Positions 29,701-38,717 of a stretch of 64,000 nt of DNA are shown piece after piece. Origin of the DNA: Myxococcota bacterium. Its GTDB lineage: Bacteria > Myxococcota_A > UBA796 > UBA2385. The number at the start of each line of letters is the position of its first letter. Positions within the stretch are counted from its first letter, which is position 1. The notes beneath the pieces were generated by a model. The model ran no database searches. It had not been told where the DNA came from and was given only the letters and a program-made list of their open reading frames with translations. Made by a program: the position numbers and the translations under genes. The DNA lies in NCBI GenBank assembly GCA_044344255.1, contig JBIJDH010000008.1, positions 160,001 to 224,000 on the forward strand. The letters are read 5' to 3'.

Positions 29701-29954
29701 ATTCAAGAACGGGCGCAGAAACCAAACCACCTACCTTTGTTCAGCTACTTGGTTCAGCTACATGCGCGCCGCAGATAGCCAACTTTCCACTTCCAGGCCA
29801 CCCCGATCACCAAAAATGGGACCTCACGACCGCTCACCACTATCTATCGACCCACTACCCATCAGCAAGAGCCGATGTGTGTCCAGATCCCCCAAACGGG
29901 GCCCACTGCTGAGCGGAGATCCTCAGACGATGGGTCGTCACTTCCGGGGAGAAG

Positions 29955-30047
29955 TGGCGGAGACGGAGGGATTCGAACCCTCGGTAAGGTTTTTGACCCT
30001 ACTTTTGCTTAGCAAGCAAACCCCTTCGGCCTCTCGGGCACGTCTCC
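29955..30047 (-). tRNA. tRNA-Ser(GCT)
   Basis: GGAGACG/CGTCTCC acceptor, anticodon arm TTTGC-TTGCTAA-GCAAA, long variable arm, GGTTCGAATCC and CCA. Confidence 0.97.
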
Positions 30048-30143
30048 CAACTTCACGCACCTGAACTGCTCGGACCCACGATCTAAGGGCACATTCTTCA
30101 AGAAGAACGGCGATTGTAAAGATCACACACCCGACGAATCAGG

Positions 30144-30228
30144 CGGAGGCGGTGGGATTCGAACCCACGGTCCCTTGCAGGACGACGGTTTTCAAGACCG
30201 TTGCCATCGACCACTCGGCCACACCTCC
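30144..30228 (-). tRNA. tRNA-Ser(TGA)
   Basis: GGAGGTG/CGCCTCC acceptor, ACGGT-CTTGAAA-ACCGT anticodon arm, variable arm and GGTTCGAATCC; followed by CCT, so CCA is not encoded. Confidence 0.97.
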
Positions 30229-30322
30229 GAATCCCATCGAGCCAGAGGCCCGCGCGGGTTTCGCAAGCCACAGGCCAGCGGAGCGCCCACCTTCTAACGA
30301 CACCCCCCAAAGCTGGCAAGGC

Positions 30323-31006
30323 TCAGGGCAGAACTTCACCCGGAGCCTCCGACCACCTATCCCATTCATCGGCGAAGACCCTACCGATCTGCTCCTCGAC
30401 CTCGACGAGCTCCACCGCAGGCGAGCGGACTCCCCCGCCGCTCCCGGCCGCCGGAGCGAGCTCATCCCAGAGGCGGGTGACGAGCGCGCTGTCCATCCCG
30501 CAGGGGGCGATGCGCTCAAAGCCCGCACGGTCGATGCTCACGTTGAGGGAGAAGCCGTGCCAGCTCACCCAGCGGCGGCAGGCGATGCCGATGGCGCCGA
30601 TCTTCCGGCCGCGCACCCACACCCCGGTGTTGCGGGGGTCACGCCCGGCAGCCACGCCGAAGCGCGCGAGAGCGAGGATGAGAACCTCCTCGATAAAGCG
30701 CATCCAAGCGTGGAGATCGCGGCGGTGCTCCGGAAGCAGGACGACCGGGTACCCGACGAGCTGACCCGGGCCGTGATGGGTGACGTCCCCTCCCCGCTCC
30801 ACCGCCAGGACGGGGGTGTCTCCGGGGGCGAAGACGTGGCTCGCCGCCCCCCGAGCCCGGCCGAGGGTATAGACAGGATCGTGCTCACAGAGGAACAGCC
30901 GGTCTGGCGCCGCCCCCTGAAGGCGAGCAACCAGGGCCTCGACCATCCGGGCGTGGGCCTCGGCATACGGGAGCCTCCCCCAGCGGACGAGCTCGAGGCG
31001 GCTCAC
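30323..31006 (-). CDS. lipB: Lipoyl(octanoyl) transferase
   Basis: CEHDPVYTLG, RGGDVTHHGPGQLVGYP, KIGAIG, HGFSLN and IAPCG motifs. Confidence 0.96.
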   Translation of the reverse strand: MSRLELVRWGRLPYAEAHARMVEALVARLQGAAPDRLFLCEHDPVYTLGRARGAASHVFAPGDTPVLAVERGGDVTHHGPGQLVGYPVVLLPEHRRDLHAWMRFIEEVLILALARFGVAAGRDPRNTGVWVRGRKIGAIGIACRRWVSWHGFSLNVSIDRAGFERIAPCGMDSALVTRLWDELAPAAGSGGGVRSPAVELVEVEEQIGRVFADEWDRWSEAPGEVLP

Positions 31007-31629
31007 CCCTGCTCCGCGAAGAGCCGCTCCACCTCGGCGAGCACGAGCGCGTGCACCTCGGCGACGGAGCCCGAGGCGTCGAGGCGGACCACCCGCTCAC
31101 CCCGGCTCCGGCAGTGCACCACGACGGCGCTGTAGGCGTCGGTCACATCGCGGAGCCGCTCGAGCGCCTCGAAGCGCTCTGGCGCCCCGCCACGGGCCTG
31201 GACACGGGCGAGACAGACCTCGGGGCTCAGCTCCAGCACCAGGGTGAGGTCTGGACGGCGGAAGGTCGCGTTCAGCTCGGCCACCGCCGCGAAGCCGATG
31301 GCCGCCGACTGATACGCGAGGCTCGAGTGGTAGTAGCGGTCCGAGACCACCACTGCGCCCCGCTGCAGGGCTGGGACCACCTCCCGATCGAGGTGGTCGC
31401 GGCGGTCCGCGGCGAAGAGGTAGGGCAGGACGGCGTCACCGAGGCGCGCGTTGCTGCTGCCGAGCGTGAGCGCCTCCCGGATGAAGCGCCCCACCGGCCC
31501 GCTGGAGGGCTCAGCGGTGCGCTGGACCTCCCTCGCGCCTCGGGCGCGCAGCCACTCCGTGAGGAGGCCCACCTGGGTGGTGCCACCCGAGCCGTCGATG
31601 CCTTCGATGACGATGAAGAGCGGTCGCAT
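31003..31629 (-). CDS. tmk: Thymidylate kinase
   Basis: FIVIEGIDGSGGTTQ, LFAADR and SDRYYHSSLAYQ motifs. Confidence 0.95.
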   Translation of the reverse strand: MRPLFIVIEGIDGSGGTTQVGLLTEWLRARGAREVQRTAEPSSGPVGRFIREALTLGSSNARLGDAVLPYLFAADRRDHLDREVVPALQRGAVVVSDRYYHSSLAYQSAAIGFAAVAELNATFRRPDLTLVLELSPEVCLARVQARGGAPERFEALERLRDVTDAYSAVVVHCRSRGERVVRLDASGSVAEVHALVLAEVERLFAEQG

Positions 31630-31787
31630 GGCGCCTCCCTTAACCCGGGCGACCTCTGACGGGGACCCTCTCCGGCCTGCCCACCGCGGTCGGCCGCATC
31701 CGGCCAAGCACAACCGTTGCCAGCTTCTCACCGATTCGCCCCCCGATGCGGTGGGGACTCGGGTACAAGGACAGCGTCGGAGGAACA

Positions 31788-33545
31788 ATGAACTCATCCA
31801 TGCTCCTGGCCCTCTCCCTTGTCGGCGGCGCCCTGTTTGCGGGTCGCGCCGAGGCGGCCGCGCCCCGGCCCATGAGCTCGGCCCCAGGCGCCGAGGCAGA
31901 GTCCATCCACGACAACCTCCTCGCCAACTTCAACGCCCACTTTTACCCTGAGCGGCTGGTGGGCTCCGCTGAGCTCGCGGCGCATGCTCACGAGGGTGAT
32001 CACGGCGCAGACGGTGTCCGCGGCACCTGCCTCACCGGCCTCGTCGCCGCCTTGAAGGAGCACTGGGAGCTGTTCACCGAGGTCGAGCGCGCCGAGATGA
32101 CCGCCAAGCTCGCCCCCTTCAAGGCTGACCTCACAGACCCCATCGCCTTCCCCGCCGAGGTCGAGGCCGGTGTCATGGCCCCGCCGTCGGCCCCCTGCTT
32201 CGGCTACTATTACGACAATCACCTCGACAGCGAGCACTTCTCCATCACCTGGGAGGACGGCTCGCTCACGGACGCCAAGGCGCAGGACTTCATCGACTCC
32301 CTCGAGTTCTCCTGGGAGACCGAGATCGATGACCTCGGCTGGCTTCAGCCCGCCGGCGTGTCGAAAGATCCGATGATGATCATCGTCGAGGCGGGCGGTG
32401 GAGCCGGAGCCTACACCACGGTCGACCAGTGCCCGGACGGCAGCTACGTGCCCTATGTCGTGGCGTACGAGGGGAGCTTCTCCGCCGGCAACTGGTACAA
32501 GGTGATGGCCTGCCACGAGTTCAATCACGCCAGCCAGTTCTCGTATGGGTACGGTCATGAGTTCTGGTGGTGGGAGGCGACCGCCACCTACATGGAAGAG
32601 CAGGTCTACCCGTCGATCAACGACTGGGCGAACATGGCTTGGGGGTACACGAACCACCCCGAGCTGGGTATGAACTCCTTCGACGTCCGCTCGAACAGCG
32701 ACGCCCTGTTCTGGCACACCTACGGCATGGTGGTGTGGACGTTCTACCTCGATGAATACGTCGGCGGTCACGACCTCATCCAGGACACCTGGAAGGAGTC
32801 ACGCGGCCGCGGGCGGGGCTATGACCTCTGGCTCCCCGACATCATCGAGGACGTGGGCGAAGACTTTGATGAGGTCTACCTCGGCTTCATGGCCGCCACC
32901 GCGGTCATGGACTACGACGAGGGCAGCTTCATGCCCGACCTTCGTCGAACCGAGATCGACGAGCTGCCGATCGAAGACAAAGAGCCGCCCGACGCCACGA
33001 AGCCCCAGAGCCTCGGCCAGAACTACATCCGCTTCGACCGCGACCTCGGCGAAGAGGGCGACACCCTGAAGGTCACCCTCGACGGCAACAACGACGCCGA
33101 CTGGTACGCCATCCTCGTGCGCGGCAACACCTCCGTCGACGAGGTGGTGCAGTTCGAGCTCGACGCCGACGGCATGGGGACCGCGACCATCGCCTTCGAC
33201 GGCTCGAAGGACATCACCCTCGTCGTCTCACCCAAGAACGAGGACGACCAGGGGTACGCCCACCGCTGGGACACCGACGAGGGCTACAACTACTTCTACA
33301 GCGCCGAGGTCGTGCCCGCCGAGAGCGGCTCGGACGGCGGAGACGGCTCCGACGGGTCCGGGAGCTCCGACACCGGCCCCTCCACGGACGACGATGAGGG
33401 CGGCGGCGGCAAGGGCGGCGGAAAGGGCGGCGGAAAGGGCGGCTGCTCGACCGCGCCCGCCGAGGGTGGGCTCGGCGTGCTCCTCTCCGGCCTCTCCGGG
33501 CTCCTCTTGCTCGGCCTCCGCCGCCGTGGGTCCGTCCACCGCTAG
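31788..33545 (+). CDS. Secreted gluzincin metallopeptidase (MXAN_6640-like) with MYXO-CTERM-like anchor
   Basis: Signal peptide, HEFNH plus WWEATA.YME; GGCS, a TM segment and RRR tail; GGAGG RBS. Confidence 0.82.
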   Translation: MNSSMLLALSLVGGALFAGRAEAAAPRPMSSAPGAEAESIHDNLLANFNAHFYPERLVGSAELAAHAHEGDHGADGVRGTCLTGLVAALKEHWELFTEVERAEMTAKLAPFKADLTDPIAFPAEVEAGVMAPPSAPCFGYYYDNHLDSEHFSITWEDGSLTDAKAQDFIDSLEFSWETEIDDLGWLQPAGVSKDPMMIIVEAGGGAGAYTTVDQCPDGSYVPYVVAYEGSFSAGNWYKVMACHEFNHASQFSYGYGHEFWWWEATATYMEEQVYPSINDWANMAWGYTNHPELGMNSFDVRSNSDALFWHTYGMVVWTFYLDEYVGGHDLIQDTWKESRGRGRGYDLWLPDIIEDVGEDFDEVYLGFMAATAVMDYDEGSFMPDLRRTEIDELPIEDKEPPDATKPQSLGQNYIRFDRDLGEEGDTLKVTLDGNNDADWYAILVRGNTSVDEVVQFELDADGMGTATIAFDGSKDITLVVSPKNEDDQGYAHRWDTDEGYNYFYSAEVVPAESGSDGGDGSDGSGSSDTGPSTDDDEGGGGKGGGKGGGKGGCSTAPAEGGLGVLLSGLSGLLLLGLRRRGSVHR

Positions 33546-33643
33546 CCCCCCCTTGGCCCCCCCGAAGGCGTGCCTAAGACCCTCCGCCGCGCGGGAAGAC
33601 CCAGCGGCGGGACGGTCGGCCCCATCCGGCTCGGGAGGTGCGT

Positions 33644-34294
33644 ATGAGCAAGAAGGTCGGTGTCATCGGATCGGGCGTGGTGGGGCAGGTGTTGGCCGCC
33701 GGCTTTCGGAAGCACGGCTACGACGTGATGATCGGCAGCCGACACCCGGCGGCCCTCCAGGCTTGGCAGGGCGCCGCCGGTGAGGGGGTCGCCCTCGGCC
33801 TCACCGCAGAGACCGCGGCCTTCGCGGACATCGTCGTGCTCGCTGTGAACGGTCGGGCGGCCGAGGAGGCGATCGCCATCGCGGGGATCGACAACCTCGC
33901 CGGCAAGATCGTCATCGACGCCACGAACCCCATCGAGGCCGCCCCCCCGGTCAAGGGGATCCTCCAGTTCTTCACCGGCCCGAACGACTCGCTGATGGAG
34001 CGCCTCCAGAAGCAGGCGCCGGCCGCGCGCTTCGTCAAGGCGTGGAGCTCAGTCGGAAACGCCTTCATGGTCAACCCCGCCTTCGCGGGAGGGCCGCCGA
34101 CGATGTTCATCTGCGGGGACGACGACGCCGCGAAGACCGAGGTGACCGCCATCCTCGACCAGTTTGGCTGGGAGGCCGAGGACATCGGGGCGGTCGAGGG
34201 GGCGCGCGCCATCGAGCCCCTGTGCCAGCTCTGGTGTGCACCGGGCCTCCAGCGCGGGCAGTGGACCCACGCCTTCAAGCTCTTGAAGCGCTGA
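33644..34294 (+). CDS. NADPH-dependent F420 reductase-like oxidoreductase (F420_oxidored family)
   Basis: GVIGSGVVG Rossmann motif; IDATNP, VKAW and ICGDD..AK motifs. Confidence 0.88.
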   Translation: MSKKVGVIGSGVVGQVLAAGFRKHGYDVMIGSRHPAALQAWQGAAGEGVALGLTAETAAFADIVVLAVNGRAAEEAIAIAGIDNLAGKIVIDATNPIEAAPPVKGILQFFTGPNDSLMERLQKQAPAARFVKAWSSVGNAFMVNPAFAGGPPTMFICGDDDAAKTEVTAILDQFGWEAEDIGAVEGARAIEPLCQLWCAPGLQRGQWTHAFKLLKR

Positions 34295-34308
34295 GGCGAG
34301 GCCCCTTC

Positions 34309-34346
34309 TTCACGGGTTCCTCACGGGTTCTTCACGGGTCTTTCAA
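34309..34346 (+). repeat. 11-bp tandem repeat (T/C)TCACGGGTTC x3 plus partial copy, upstream of htpG
   Basis: TTCACGGGTTC CTCACGGGTTC TTCACGGGTCT TTCAA. Confidence 0.85.
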
Positions 34347-34405
34347 TGGGAGAGATCGGTGGGGGAGATCGGTGACCCGACGAGGGTCTCCAGCGCCCGG
34401 ATGAT

Positions 34406-34433
34406 CTTGACGATGCCGGGCGCCGCGCCTACC
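34406..34433 (+). promoter_or_regulatory. Putative heat-shock/sigma70-family promoter of htpG
   Basis: CTTGAC-N16-CCTACC resembles RpoH-type promoters (CTTG..CCTAT) and lies about 85 nt before the htpG ATG. Confidence 0.35.
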
Positions 34434-34516
34434 CCTCTGCGCCACCTGTTCGGAGGCCCCTGGGGCCGCGGCGCCCTCGCCCGCTCGGCCTTGGCCTCCC
34501 CGCATCGGAGAATGTC

Positions 34517-36361
34517 ATGCAGTCGCATCGTTTTGAGGCGGACGTCCGCCAGATCCTGCACCTCGTCACCCACTCGCTCTACTCTGACCGCGAGATCTTT
34601 ATCCGCGAGCTGGTGAGCAACGCGAGCGACGCCCTCGACCGCGGGCGCTTCGAGAGCCTCAAGCGAGAGGACGCGCGTCCCGCCGCCGACGAGCCGGGCA
34701 TCCACATCACCGTGGACGCCGCCGAGCGGACGGTCACCATCTCCGACGACGGCGTCGGCATGACCCACGACGAGGTGGTGGAGCACCTCGGCACCATCGC
34801 CAAGTCCGGCACCAAGGCCTTCACCGAGCGCCTCAAGGCGGCCGGAGAGGCCGGCGGCGCGGAGAACCTGATCGGTCAGTTCGGCGTCGGCTTCTACTCG
34901 GCCTTCATGGTCTCCGACAAGGTCGTGGTCGACACGCTCTCGATCGACCCCGCCGCCACCGCGGTGCGCTGGGAGTCAGACGGCGGCGAGGGCTACTCGA
35001 TGGCCGCCGGCGAGCGCAGCACCCGCGGCACCACCGTCACCCTGCACCTCCGCGAAGACACCGCTGACTTCGCCGACCCCGACAAGCTCCGCGGCATCAT
35101 CGCCAAGCACTCTGACTTCGTCTCCTGGCCCGTGAGCGTCGAGGGGGAGCGCGCCAACCAAGAGGCGGCGCTGTGGACCCGCAACCCCTCGGAGATCAAG
35201 GACGAGGAGTACAGCGCCTTCTACAAGCACATCTCCAATGACTGGGCCGAGCCCCTGCTCCGCGCCCACCTCCGCATCGAGGGCAGCCTCCAGTACCAGG
35301 CCCTGCTCTTCGTCCCGGCCAGCCGCCCCTGGGAGCTCGACCGCCTCGACTACAAGGTCGGGCTGAAGCTCTATCAGAAGCGGGTGAAGATCCTCGACTC
35401 CGCCGAGTCGCTGCTCCCCCGCTACCTCCGCTTCGTCACCGGCCTCGTGGACTCCCCCGACGTCGACCTCAACGTCTCCCGCGAGATCCTCCAGCAGACG
35501 CCCGTGGTGCTGACGATCAAGAAGCAGCTCACCAAGCGCTTGCTCAAGCGCTTCCGCGACGTGGCCACCACCGAGCCCGAGACCTGGAACAAGTTCTGGA
35601 GCGAGTACGGCCACATCGTCAAGGAAGGTATCCACGAGGACCAGGACGACAACAAGGACCTCCTCACCGGGCTGCTCCGCTACAAGACGACCAAGTCCGC
35701 CGGGGAGTGGAGGAGCCTCGCCCAGGTCAAGGCCGACCTCCCCGACGGCGACAACACGATCTGGTACTTCACGAGCGTCGACAAGGAGCGCATCGGCCAG
35801 GCGCCCGTCCTCGAGGGCTTCCGGAAGCGGGGCATCGAGGTGCTGCTCATGGACGACCCCGTCGATGAGTGGGTGGTGATGAACGTGCGCGAGCACGACG
35901 GCGCCACGCTCAAGAGCGCGATGACCGGTGAGCTCCCGCCGGCCAAGGACGCCGAGGAGGATCCCATCGCCCAGGCGGCCCGGGATCAGGCCACCCCGCT
36001 CGTCACCTGGATGGGCGAGATGCTGGCCGGAGACGTCGCCGAGGTGCGCATCAGCACCCGCCTCACCGAGTCGCCGAGCGTGCTCGTGGACAAGGAGGGC
36101 GGCATGGGCGCCAACCTCGAGCGCATCCTAAAGGCCGCGAACCAGAGCGTCCCCGGCAGCAAGCGCGTGCTCGAGGTCAACCCCGAGCACCCGATGGTCA
36201 AGACGCTGGCCCGCCTCAACAACGAGGGCAAGACCGGCCTCGAGCCCTTCGCCCGCCTCCTGCTCGACCATGCCGCGATCGCCGAGGGCCGCCTCGAAGA
36301 TCCGGAGGGCTTCGCCAAGCGCCTCCAGGCCCTGATGGAGCGGGCCGCCTCGGCGCTGTAG
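34517..36361 (+). CDS. htpG: Molecular chaperone HtpG (Hsp90)
   Basis: SLYSDREIFIRELVSNASDA, LGTIAKSGT, IGQFGVGFYS and LNVSREILQ motifs. Confidence 0.98.
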   Translation: MQSHRFEADVRQILHLVTHSLYSDREIFIRELVSNASDALDRGRFESLKREDARPAADEPGIHITVDAAERTVTISDDGVGMTHDEVVEHLGTIAKSGTKAFTERLKAAGEAGGAENLIGQFGVGFYSAFMVSDKVVVDTLSIDPAATAVRWESDGGEGYSMAAGERSTRGTTVTLHLREDTADFADPDKLRGIIAKHSDFVSWPVSVEGERANQEAALWTRNPSEIKDEEYSAFYKHISNDWAEPLLRAHLRIEGSLQYQALLFVPASRPWELDRLDYKVGLKLYQKRVKILDSAESLLPRYLRFVTGLVDSPDVDLNVSREILQQTPVVLTIKKQLTKRLLKRFRDVATTEPETWNKFWSEYGHIVKEGIHEDQDDNKDLLTGLLRYKTTKSAGEWRSLAQVKADLPDGDNTIWYFTSVDKERIGQAPVLEGFRKRGIEVLLMDDPVDEWVVMNVREHDGATLKSAMTGELPPAKDAEEDPIAQAARDQATPLVTWMGEMLAGDVAEVRISTRLTESPSVLVDKEGGMGANLERILKAANQSVPGSKRVLEVNPEHPMVKTLARLNNEGKTGLEPFARLLLDHAAIAEGRLEDPEGFAKRLQALMERAASAL

Positions 36362-36388
36362 GGTCGAGAAGGCGCCTCAGAGGTGGAT

Positions 36389-36411
36389 CTGTTGGGGGTG
36401 ATCTCCGACAG
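36389..36411 (+). terminator. Hairpin after htpG (possible terminator, no strong U-tract)
   Basis: CTGTTGGGG-GTGAT-CTCCGACAG, a 9-bp stem with two G-U pairs. Confidence 0.35.
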
Positions 36412-36542
36412 TCCTTCGCCGCTGGGGTGCCTTTACGGGACTTTGACAGCGACTCGGAACACCCCTCTCCGGCTCCTCCCGTGGTAATGTCCCCGCCGTT
36501 CGAAGCGCTGGGGCAGCCACGAAAAGCGAAGGAGAGGAACGG

Positions 36543-38714
36543 ATGGGTTCGGTTCGAAATTGGTGGCTCGCGGCCACCACTCTCGCCGGGGCGGTCATCG
36601 CCGGTTCCGTGGCTCACGAGGCCGCAGCGGCGTGGCCCGACGGCTACCCCGGTCGTGTTGCAGCAGTCGACGCGATTCGCCACGACATGGCCATGCCGGG
36701 GATCATCTACGACCCCCAGGACATCAAGGCACGCTACGAGGATGCCTGCAAAAAGAAGTCCTCCTCCGCCTGTAACTGGACAAAGTGGCAAGGCGCGAAC
36801 GGCGGAGACCTCAAGCTCGCCCGCGAACATTACGCGGGCAAGTGCCCCTCCGATCCGCTCGCTTGCGTGGTCCTCGGCTACACCGAGTCTCGAGACGACA
36901 AGGGGAACCTCGTCTTCGACAATCCGGCGAAGGGCGCGAAGGCCCTCGACTACTTCACCAAGGCCTGCAAAGAGAAGGCCTACGCCCCCGGCTGCACCGG
37001 TGAGGGCGAGCTCTACCTGAACGGCATCGGCACCGACGTCGATCTCGAGCGCGCCCGCAAGCTGGTCGATGAGGGCTGCAAGGCCGAGGACCCCTGGGGC
37101 TGCTACCTCCTCGGCACGATGTACGAGAACGGGCAGGGCGGCCCCGCCGACTTCGGCAAGGCCGCCGAGCTCTACAAGAGCGCCTGCAGCTCAAAGATCC
37201 CGCACGCCTGCGTGCAGCTCGGCACGCTCACCGAGGACGGCCGCGCCGGCACGCGCAACCCCGAGGCCGCCGCCAAGGTCTACGGCGAGGCCTGCGAGGG
37301 CAAGTTCACGGGCGGCTGCTACCAGCTCGGCCGGCTCTATGCCGAGGGTCGAGTCGTACAGCGCTCCCCGTCGATCGCGCTCGGGATGTACAAGACCGCC
37401 TGTGACGGCGGCGACTTCCTCGGCTGCTACGGCCTCGCCACCTTCTACGAGTCCGGCGAAGCCGGCGAGGGTGACATCAAAGACGCCGCCAAGATCTACG
37501 ACGAGGCCTGCTCCAAGGGCTACGCCAAGGCCTGCACGCGCACCGGCGAGATGTACATCAAGGGCCGCGGCCTCAACAAGGACGTGGAGATGGGCGTCAA
37601 GCTCATCCAGAAGGGCTGCAGCGGGGCCGATCCGGGGGGCTGCGACACGCTCGGCGCCCTGTACGAGAACGGCAACGGCCTCGACATGAACCTGACCAAG
37701 GCCGCCGAGCTCTACAAGATGGCTTGTGAGCGGGGCGAAGGAAAGGGATGTTACCACCTTGGCAACCTCTACGAGGTCGGCAAGGGCGTGAGCCAGAGCG
37801 CCACCGAGTCCCAGACCCTCTTCCAGGCCGCCTGCGACAAGGGGCACGGCAAGTCCTGCGGCCGCCTCGCCCGCCGCTACCTCACTGGCGACGGCGTCGA
37901 GAAGAACATGGCCCGCGCGGCCGAGCTCCTCGGCAAGGGCTGCGCCGGCCAGGACGGCGACTCCTGCGGCAAGCTCGCTGGCATGTACCAGAGCGGCAAG
38001 GGCGTGAGCGCGGACCCCGCCAAGGCCCTGCAGCTCTACACCGACGCCTGTGACTTCGACAACGGGCAGGCCTGCTTCGAGCTCGCAGAGATGTACGCCA
38101 AGGGCAGCAACGGCGTCGCGATCGACTTCAAGAAGGCGGCCAAGGGCTACAGCCGCGGCTGCTCCCTCAAGTTCGACAAGGCCTGCGAGGCCGGCAAGTC
38201 GGTGGTCTTCCAGGCCCGCTTCGAGGAGGTGATCGCCGTCGCGTGGGAGTCCAACATCTGCCAGGTCTGGAGCCTCGACCCCGAGGCCCCGGAGAAGACG
38301 AAGCTCGTCGCCACCGTGCGCAAGGAGGCCTTCGAGATCCAGGACGGTCCCCTCGCCGGCAACACGGTCACCCTCGCCCGTGACCCGAACGAGTTCAAGA
38401 CCGACAAGAAGGTGGTCGGCTTCAGCAAGTGGCGCTTCAACAACGGTAAGAAGGACCTCACCTTCCGGCACTATGAGGTCTGGGATCCCGAAGAGGAGCC
38501 CATCGACACCTTCCCCGGCGACATGAGCTACTCCGACGACCGCCTGGGCGACACCAAGCTCCTGCTCTCCCGCGAGGAGGAGACGATCCGGCGCAGCGCC
38601 CCCAACACCAAGTGCTCCTTCGCCGGGGGCTATCCGGTGATCACGGTCGACCACTGCTCCGAGATCCAGGCCCTGGCCGCGGCGCAGCTCGTCACCAGCT
38701 GTAAGGGCGAGTAG
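36543..38714 (+). CDS. Secreted Cys-rich Sel1-like repeat protein
   Basis: Signal peptide and about 14 repeats of A..LY.KAC......GC..LG.LY..G.G, each with a Cys pair; unique C-terminal domain. Confidence 0.9.
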   Translation: MGSVRNWWLAATTLAGAVIAGSVAHEAAAAWPDGYPGRVAAVDAIRHDMAMPGIIYDPQDIKARYEDACKKKSSSACNWTKWQGANGGDLKLAREHYAGKCPSDPLACVVLGYTESRDDKGNLVFDNPAKGAKALDYFTKACKEKAYAPGCTGEGELYLNGIGTDVDLERARKLVDEGCKAEDPWGCYLLGTMYENGQGGPADFGKAAELYKSACSSKIPHACVQLGTLTEDGRAGTRNPEAAAKVYGEACEGKFTGGCYQLGRLYAEGRVVQRSPSIALGMYKTACDGGDFLGCYGLATFYESGEAGEGDIKDAAKIYDEACSKGYAKACTRTGEMYIKGRGLNKDVEMGVKLIQKGCSGADPGGCDTLGALYENGNGLDMNLTKAAELYKMACERGEGKGCYHLGNLYEVGKGVSQSATESQTLFQAACDKGHGKSCGRLARRYLTGDGVEKNMARAAELLGKGCAGQDGDSCGKLAGMYQSGKGVSADPAKALQLYTDACDFDNGQACFELAEMYAKGSNGVAIDFKKAAKGYSRGCSLKFDKACEAGKSVVFQARFEEVIAVAWESNICQVWSLDPEAPEKTKLVATVRKEAFEIQDGPLAGNTVTLARDPNEFKTDKKVVGFSKWRFNNGKKDLTFRHYEVWDPEEEPIDTFPGDMSYSDDRLGDTKLLLSREEETIRRSAPNTKCSFAGGYPVITVDHCSEIQALAAAQLVTSCKGE

Positions 38715-38717
38715 GCC

